A stretch of 62,507 bases of DNA, taken from contig CAYFQT010000001.1 of the NCBI GenBank assembly GCA_964345445.1, forward strand, positions 1-62,507, read 5' to 3'. The position numbers and the translations under genes are program-made. The notes below the pieces were generated by a model, which worked only from the letters and a program-made list of their open reading frames with translations, was not told where the DNA came from and made no database searches. Source of the stretch: an uncultured Candidatus Saccharibacteria bacterium. Its GTDB lineage: Bacteria; Patescibacteriota; CPR2_A; CAYFQT01. Positions 57,209 through 62,507 of this stretch are shown here, in pieces; the first letter of the stretch is position 1; every line of letters starts with the position of its first letter.

Positions 57209-57865
57209 ATGAAAATCATTAAGATAAAAAATTTAAAGAAATATTTTGAGCGAGGAAAAATCAAAGCCTTAGATGGAGTTAATTTAGAAATTGCCGAAGG
57301 AGAGTTTTTAGCAATTATGGGTCCCTCGGGTTCAGGGAAATCAACTCTGTTAAATATGCTAGCTGCTTTAGAAAAACCAGATTCAGGAAAAATTATAGTA
57401 GACGGAAAAAATTTATCAGAAATTAGTAATTTAAATAAATATAGAGCTTCTGAAATTGGTTTCATATTCCAACTCCACAATCTTCTCCCTAACTTAACTG
57501 CACAAGAAAATGTCTTGATCCCTATGTTTGAAAAAAAAGGAACAAAAAAAGAGAAAAGAAAAAAAGCTAAAAATTTATTACAACAAGTAGGACTTAGGGG
57601 TTATGAAAATACTTTGCCAATTAAACTCTCAGGGGGAGAAAGACAAAAAGTCGCTGTAGCCCGCGCTTTAGCTAACGATCCCAAAATAATCTTGGCTGAT
57701 GAGCCAACAGGAAATTTGGATTCTAAATCCGGGGAAACAATTTTGAAATTAATAAAAGAACTCCAACAAAAAAATAAAGTTACCACAATTATGGTAACCC
57801 ATGAAAACCCCGTTGCCCAAACTGCCCAAAAGATTGTCTATATGAAAGATGGGAAAATAATATAA
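57209..57865 (+). CDS. ABC transporter ATP-binding protein (LolD/MacB-like)
   Basis: [28 protein letters not shown] and VTH motifs. Confidence 0.93.
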   Translation: MKIIKIKNLKKYFERGKIKALDGVNLEIAEGEFLAIMGPSGSGKSTLLNMLAALEKPDSGKIIVDGKNLSEISNLNKYRASEIGFIFQLHNLLPNLTAQENVLIPMFEKKGTKKEKRKKAKNLLQQVGLRGYENTLPIKLSGGERQKVAVARALANDPKIILADEPTGNLDSKSGETILKLIKELQQKNKVTTIMVTHENPVAQTAQKIVYMKDGKII

Positions 57866-57944
57866 AGAATATTTAATATTCCAATATTTTTCCCAAAAGA
57901 CCTATTCAAAAGGTCTTCTTTGAATCTTTTATCTAATAAGTGGT

Positions 57945-59264
57945 TTATTTCTTTTTTATCAATTGAGTAATTTTTTGGACTTTTTCTAATACCTCTTTTT
58001 CTGAAATGGTTAAAATTTTTCTGTCTTCCATAACCACTTTTCCATTAATTATCACTGTCTGTACATCGGAACCACAGGCTGCATAAACCAGGTGGGAATA
58101 GATATTATAACAAGGAGTAAGATGGGGCTTTTGAAAATCTAAAATTATAATATCAGCTCTCTTGTCAACTTCTAAAGAACCAATTTTATCTGCCATATTT
58201 AAAACTTCTGCTCCGCCTCGAGTAGTCATATCCAATACTTGCTGGGCAGAAGTTGTGGTAGAATCACTGGTATTAACTTTGTGTAATAAAGCAGCGGCTT
58301 TCATCTCAGAGAACATATCTAAATTATTGTTGGAAGCAGGACCATCAGTACCTAATCCTATTTTGATACCTAAAGATAATAATTCAGTAATTGGCGCTAT
58401 ACCTGAGGCAAGTTTCATATTGCTCTGGGGGCAATGAGCAATACCTATTTTATATTTTTGGGCAATTTGAATATCATTTTTATCTAAATGTACACAATGG
58501 ACAGCAATAATTTTATCGCCTAATATACCGAGTTTTTCTAGAAAACCAAAAGGAGTAGAGTTATGCTCCTTTTTTATTTGCTTTATTTCATCTTTTGTTT
58601 CAGCAATATGGATATGATAAGGAATCTCATAATAATCGGAGAAATTTTTAGCTTTACGAAGAAAACCAGGTGATAAAGTATATGTAGAATGGGGGCTTAC
58701 AGCAGGTGTAATCAAATCATCATCTATATATTTTTTAATAAATTTTTCAGTATAAACCAATCCTTGCTGGGGGCCTTTGCAATTGGGAGTGGGAAAATCC
58801 AAAAGCCCCTCGGATAATACCGCTTTTATACCTATATTTTTACAAGCTTGGGCAATTTCATCTTCAAAAAAATACATATCAGAAAAAGTTGTTATACCCG
58901 AATAGATCATCTCCAAGGCAGACAAACAAGAACCCCAATAGGAAGACACTGGATTAATAAATTTAGCTTCTGCTGGCCAAATATATTTTTCTAACCACTT
59001 TTTAAGTGGTAGGTCATCAGCAAAGCCTCTAAATAAAGTCATTGCCGCATGGGTATGGGTATTCACCAAACCAGGGGCAACTACACACCCAGATGCATCT
59101 ATAACTTTATCTGGTTTATGCTTTTTTTCTATCTCTTCAGTTTTACCAATATCTAATATCTGATCATTCTCAATAACTATGGCGCCATTTTCAACAATTT
59201 CTCTTTTTTTGTTTTGAGTTAAAATAGTTCCGTTTTTAATTAAAATCATAAAAAACCTCTTCAA
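57945..59264 (-). CDS. mtaD: 5-methylthioadenosine/S-adenosylhomocysteine deaminase (amidohydrolase); start may be 59249
   Basis: PGLVNTHTH, SPHS.YT, HIHIAET, VHCVH, HCP.SNMKLASG and GTDG.ASNN.LDM motifs. Confidence 0.88.
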   Translation of the reverse strand: MKRFFMILIKNGTILTQNKKREIVENGAIVIENDQILDIGKTEEIEKKHKPDKVIDASGCVVAPGLVNTHTHAAMTLFRGFADDLPLKKWLEKYIWPAEAKFINPVSSYWGSCLSALEMIYSGITTFSDMYFFEDEIAQACKNIGIKAVLSEGLLDFPTPNCKGPQQGLVYTEKFIKKYIDDDLITPAVSPHSTYTLSPGFLRKAKNFSDYYEIPYHIHIAETKDEIKQIKKEHNSTPFGFLEKLGILGDKIIAVHCVHLDKNDIQIAQKYKIGIAHCPQSNMKLASGIAPITELLSLGIKIGLGTDGPASNNNLDMFSEMKAAALLHKVNTSDSTTTSAQQVLDMTTRGGAEVLNMADKIGSLEVDKRADIIILDFQKPHLTPCYNIYSHLVYAACGSDVQTVIINGKVVMEDRKILTISEKEVLEKVQKITQLIKKK

Positions 59265-59307
59265 ATTAACTTAATATTTTATTTCTAATTCTCTTCTAAT
59301 TTTTAAA

Positions 59308-59624
59308 TTAATTTTTTGTTTCTTTTTCTATCCAATTCAAAAAATCTGGATTGCCATCCTGGATATCTAAAGAAATAATACAAGGAATATCATAACTATG
59401 AATTTTCTTTACCTCGGCAATTACTTTAGAAACTAATTCTTCTTTGTTCTAGCAATAATCACTGATTCTGTAGCATTTTCTATTCTCCCCTTCCAATGAT
59501 AAATTGACTCAATTTGGGGAATAATATTCACACAGACAACTAATCTATTTTTTATTAAATGTTTACTAATCTTCTTGGCTTCTTTTATATCAGAAGTAGT
59601 AATGTAAATTAAGGAATAACTCAT
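59308..59624 (-). pseudogene. cutA: CutA divalent-cation tolerance protein split by a -1 frameshift
   Basis: Frame 1 reads ..CVNI.P.I.S.Y.WKG.IE...E..II.RT and stops. The -1 frame continues EELVSKVIAEVKKIHSYDIPCII...GNPDFLNWIEKETKN*. Confidence 0.85.
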
Positions 59625-59698
59625 AATCTCCTCTCTTGACTCTAATTCCTTTTTGGAAGTTGCCCGATAAATCGGGCAGCTACACTTTAAAAAATATT

Positions 59699-61006
59699 CT
59701 ACTTTACCAATGGAATATCCGTATCTAGATATCTGTATTTTAATCTATCCTTTTCTTGCCAGGCTTGGGAAAATTTCTCTTGCCAGTCTTCTGTCCAAAA
59801 CAAAGGACTGGGTAGGTATAAAAATCCATCTTTATACCCAATAAAATTTGTTAGATTTTGGCTATGCAGGAAAGCTAAAAGAGTACATATAAAAGCTGAC
59901 TTCTGATGAGTCAATTTCTTATCAGATTGGATAGACAAGCAGGGAGGGGTTTCAATTTTAATCTGACATTCTTTTTCAATTTTTAAAATTAAATTTTCAA
60001 CTGTTCCGCAAAGAGCTAAAGTGATAGTAGGGAAAACTTCAATGATATTTCCATTAAGCCTAAAATCATATTTTTTTTGAAGACTGGAAGTTAAATCCAT
60101 CCCTAACTCTACAACTTGAGACATTAAACTGGGTGGTAAAGGCGAAACTTTTTCCTGTCTAAATACTTTGGTAGATAAAAATTTCTCATAAAGTCGCATT
60201 TTGCCTTTACCTCTCCCAAAAGCCAATGGACCGTCAATAGCAATTGTAAAAGTCTTTGGCAAATAATATTTTATTTTTTCAAAAACCTCAGAACCAATTT
60301 CAACTTTACAACTCTGGCAATGGTTCTTGTAAGGAATAAGTTCTGTCTTTTTCTCTTGTTGTCTTTTTTTTAAAATACATATTCCTGTAGTTTTTTTCTT
60401 CCATCCCCCAAGATCAACACCAATAAATAAATTTTTCTTTACTTTCTCACATTTTGGAGAAATTTCCTTTTTCTCTTTTTTAGGCTCCCATAGTTCATCT
60501 TTCTCTAAAATGTGTTTTACTTTCCATCCTTTTTTTTCTAAAGATTGAGTGATATAGACCCGGTGGCACTTCCAAGGAAAACGCTCAGCACACATAATTA
60601 CTATATTCTTTTCACAAGCTATCTTTTCCAGCTTTAGCAGTCCTTTTTTAAACTCTTTACTAGAAGTAAAATGTTCATAACCGCCTGTTCTATATCCTCC
60701 AAATTCTTCGCCCATCCAAAGATAGTTTATAGTCTGAGTTTTGAGTCTGAGAGTTAAATTTTCCTTAGAAAACCAATCAAAATGAGAGGTAGGGAATCTA
60801 CGAACATCTATTAAAACTTCAATATTATAAAATTTCAGAATTTCTATAAATTCTTTCCAAGTTCTGTTTGAAGAACCTAATGTGTAAACCCCGTATATCC
60901 CTGCCCTAAAGGACGGGGCTTTTTTCTTCTTTCTATTCCCTAATTCTTTCATCCCCGGTCTGAAGTCTAGGGCTTTCTGATTTATGGGGTAAATCTCTTT
61001 TTTCAT
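59699..61006 (-). CDS. DUF488-DUF429 fusion protein (putative nuclease)
   Basis: N-terminal YTLG.SNR, DVRRFP.S, MCAE..PW.CHR (DUF488); C-terminal IGVDLG, AIDGPL, IEVFP (DUF429, RNase H-like). Confidence 0.75.
   Translation of the reverse strand: MKKEIYPINQKALDFRPGMKELGNRKKKKAPSFRAGIYGVYTLGSSNRTWKEFIEILKFYNIEVLIDVRRFPTSHFDWFSKENLTLRLKTQTINYLWMGEEFGGYRTGGYEHFTSSKEFKKGLLKLEKIACEKNIVIMCAERFPWKCHRVYITQSLEKKGWKVKHILEKDELWEPKKEKKEISPKCEKVKKNLFIGVDLGGWKKKTTGICILKKRQQEKKTELIPYKNHCQSCKVEIGSEVFEKIKYYLPKTFTIAIDGPLAFGRGKGKMRLYEKFLSTKVFRQEKVSPLPPSLMSQVVELGMDLTSSLQKKYDFRLNGNIIEVFPTITLALCGTVENLILKIEKECQIKIETPPCLSIQSDKKLTHQKSAFICTLLAFLHSQNLTNFIGYKDGFLYLPSPLFWTEDWQEKFSQAWQEKDRLKYRYLDTDIPLVK
60897..60976. repeat. 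Two 26-bp REP/IS605-end-like palindromes inside the CDS
   Basis: ATCCCTGCCCTAAAGGACGGGGCTTT (60897-60922) and ATCCCCGGTCTGAAGTCTAGGGCTTT (60951-60976). Confidence 0.6.
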
Positions 61007-61011
61007 AAATT

Positions 61012-61791
61012 TTAATAATATTTTTCTCTTAACTCTTCTATTTCTCTTAAATCTTCTTCAGAAAAATCACAGGTTCTAATATCCACCTCTCTCCCTACAA
61101 CCTCTACAGTCTCAGACATTACTGAATACGGACTTTCTGAATGATCTAAGGCTAGGAGATGACCAAATTCATGTAATATTGTAGATTTTTCCAAAAGCAA
61201 TTGATTGTCTTTATAATTAGGCAGATCGGAAATAGTGCCTTCAAAAATAGCCATTGATGTCTCTTGGGTTGTTGTTCCAATATTAGTAGGACTATCGGCA
61301 AATTTATTTAAACAAATAATGTATAAAACTGCTTGTCCTTTTTGAGGATAATAATTTCTATAATCTTTTTGCAGCTTTTCAATCTCATATATAGTAAATG
61401 ACAGATGATCATCATATATAGTATCATCTTCAATAATTTCTATATCCTCAGGTTTTTGGCAAATCTCTTGAAGGTCTTCTGGGATCTCTTCTTTTGCCTT
61501 TGAAGATAATTCATAACCATCTAAACTATCTATTTCTACCAAAAGTTTAGGAAACTTTTTAGAGTTAAGATAATCGCCTTTACCATCGCCAAAATCATGG
61601 AGTTTAAAAATAGTACGCAGATAAGGGTAATAAGAAAAACTATCTCGAAATTTATCATTAAACCAATTATCTCTTTGATAGAATAATAAAAGAATTGCTG
61701 AGTAAGCAATAATTGTAAGACAAAGGGCAACTATAAAAAATTTTAATATTATAACAGAAAGTTTTTTGAACATATCATATAAATTTTTCAA
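61012..61791 (-). CDS. Membrane-anchored zinc metalloprotease (metzincin-like)
   Basis: N-terminal TM helix; HEFGHLLALDH zinc motif followed by a SVM Met-turn. Confidence 0.8.
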   Translation of the reverse strand: MKNLYDMFKKLSVIILKFFIVALCLTIIAYSAILLLFYQRDNWFNDKFRDSFSYYPYLRTIFKLHDFGDGKGDYLNSKKFPKLLVEIDSLDGYELSSKAKEEIPEDLQEICQKPEDIEIIEDDTIYDDHLSFTIYEIEKLQKDYRNYYPQKGQAVLYIICLNKFADSPTNIGTTTQETSMAIFEGTISDLPNYKDNQLLLEKSTILHEFGHLLALDHSESPYSVMSETVEVVGREVDIRTCDFSEEDLREIEELREKYY

Positions 61792-62507
61792 TGAGAAAAG
61801 TTTTTAGTTTTACGTTTGTCGCCACGGATTATCTCTTTTAAATCTTTCCAATTTGTACCATAGGAAATATCTACTTGGACAGGAACAGAAATCTTACACA
61901 CACTCTCCATCTCTTCTTCCAAAAACAAAGCCACTTTTTTTATATCTTCGTCTGGGGTTTCAAAAACCAGTTCATCATGCACTTGCAACAACATTTTTGT
62001 ATTTTCAGAAATTTGGGATAATTTACTGGTAACATTTATCATAGCCATTTTCATTATATCGGCTGCTGCACCTTGAGCAGGAAAATTAATAGCCATTCTT
62101 TCAGCCTGGGCACCTATAATACGGTTGGAAGAATTTATCTCTGGAAGATAACGACGTCGACCAAAAATAGTTTCTACATAACCAACCTGCCGAGCCACTT
62201 CCACAATTTCCTGGACATATTTTTTAATACCTTGGTGTATAGAATAATATTTATCAATATAGGCTTGAGCCTCTTCATGGGTACACCCTATAGATTGAGA
62301 AAGTCCATGAGCACTCATTCCATAAATTATTCCAAAATTTATAGCCTTTGCTGCCCTTCTTTGCTGGTAAGTAACATTGTTAATATCAATGTCATTTACT
62401 TCAGCAGCAGTTCTGGAATGAATATCCTCGCCTTGCCTAAAAGATTCAATCATTTTTTTGTCACCAGACAGGTGGGCAATAATTCTCAGCTCAATTTGCG
62501 AATAATC
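61788..62507 (-). CDS. polA: DNA polymerase I, C-terminal part (5' end outside the window)
   Basis: The frame runs to the edge as DYSQIELRIIAHLS; also RRAAKAINFGIIYG, QG.AADI.K and LQVHDEL motifs. Confidence 0.97.
   Translation of the reverse strand, partial: DYSQIELRIIAHLSGDKKMIESFRQGEDIHSRTAAEVNDIDINNVTYQQRRAAKAINFGIIYGMSAHGLSQSIGCTHEEAQAYIDKYYSIHQGIKKYVQEIVEVARQVGYVETIFGRRRYLPEINSSNRIIGAQAERMAINFPAQGAAADIMKMAMINVTSKLSQISENTKMLLQVHDELVFETPDEDIKKVALFLEEEMESVCKISVPVQVDISYGTNWKDLKEIIRGDKRKTKNFSH

Noticed and set aside
1-62507. tRNA, rRNA, tmRNA, RNase P, transposase or alternative genetic code
   Set aside because: I saw no T-loop (GTTCGA) cloverleaf or other signatures by eye. Conserved genes end at TGA (e.g. 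rpsO), which is consistent with code 11.

Overview
AT-rich chromosomal window that uses the standard genetic code (TGA is a stop, e.g. rpsO). Gene content and style suggest a Patescibacteria/CPR bacterium (inference). Housekeeping genes: DHH/NrnA, rpsO, pnp, UDG, rnj, ftsK, rodZ, recA, rarA, recX, purD, efp, rpsF-ssb-rpsR, ychF, a XerC-like recombinase, uppP, rpsT, holA, mutM, mtaD and a partial polA. It also holds a ~10 kb two-component plus type IV pilus cluster, two ABC transporters and several accessory hypothetical genes. I saw no tRNA, rRNA, CRISPR array, transposase or reverse transcriptase. The most striking signals lie outside the ORF track. (1) A pervasive family of 7-nt-periodic repeats forms long hairpins in 5' UTRs and also sits in frame inside at least seven proteins. 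(2) Small double-hairpin elements of 22-30 bp are inserted into those repeats, one of them in frame in a hydrolase gene. (3) A covarying leader motif is shared by the two ribonuclease genes pnp and rnj. (4) A second leader motif is shared by ssb and an ABC ATPase gene. (5) A PaaX/Cas2-fold gene is bracketed by a perfect 39-bp palindromic direct repeat. (6) A perfect 28-bp direct repeat brackets the pilus cluster. (7) A ~183-nt three-way-junction RNA candidate follows uppP. All alignments and folds were done by eye; no database searches were run.
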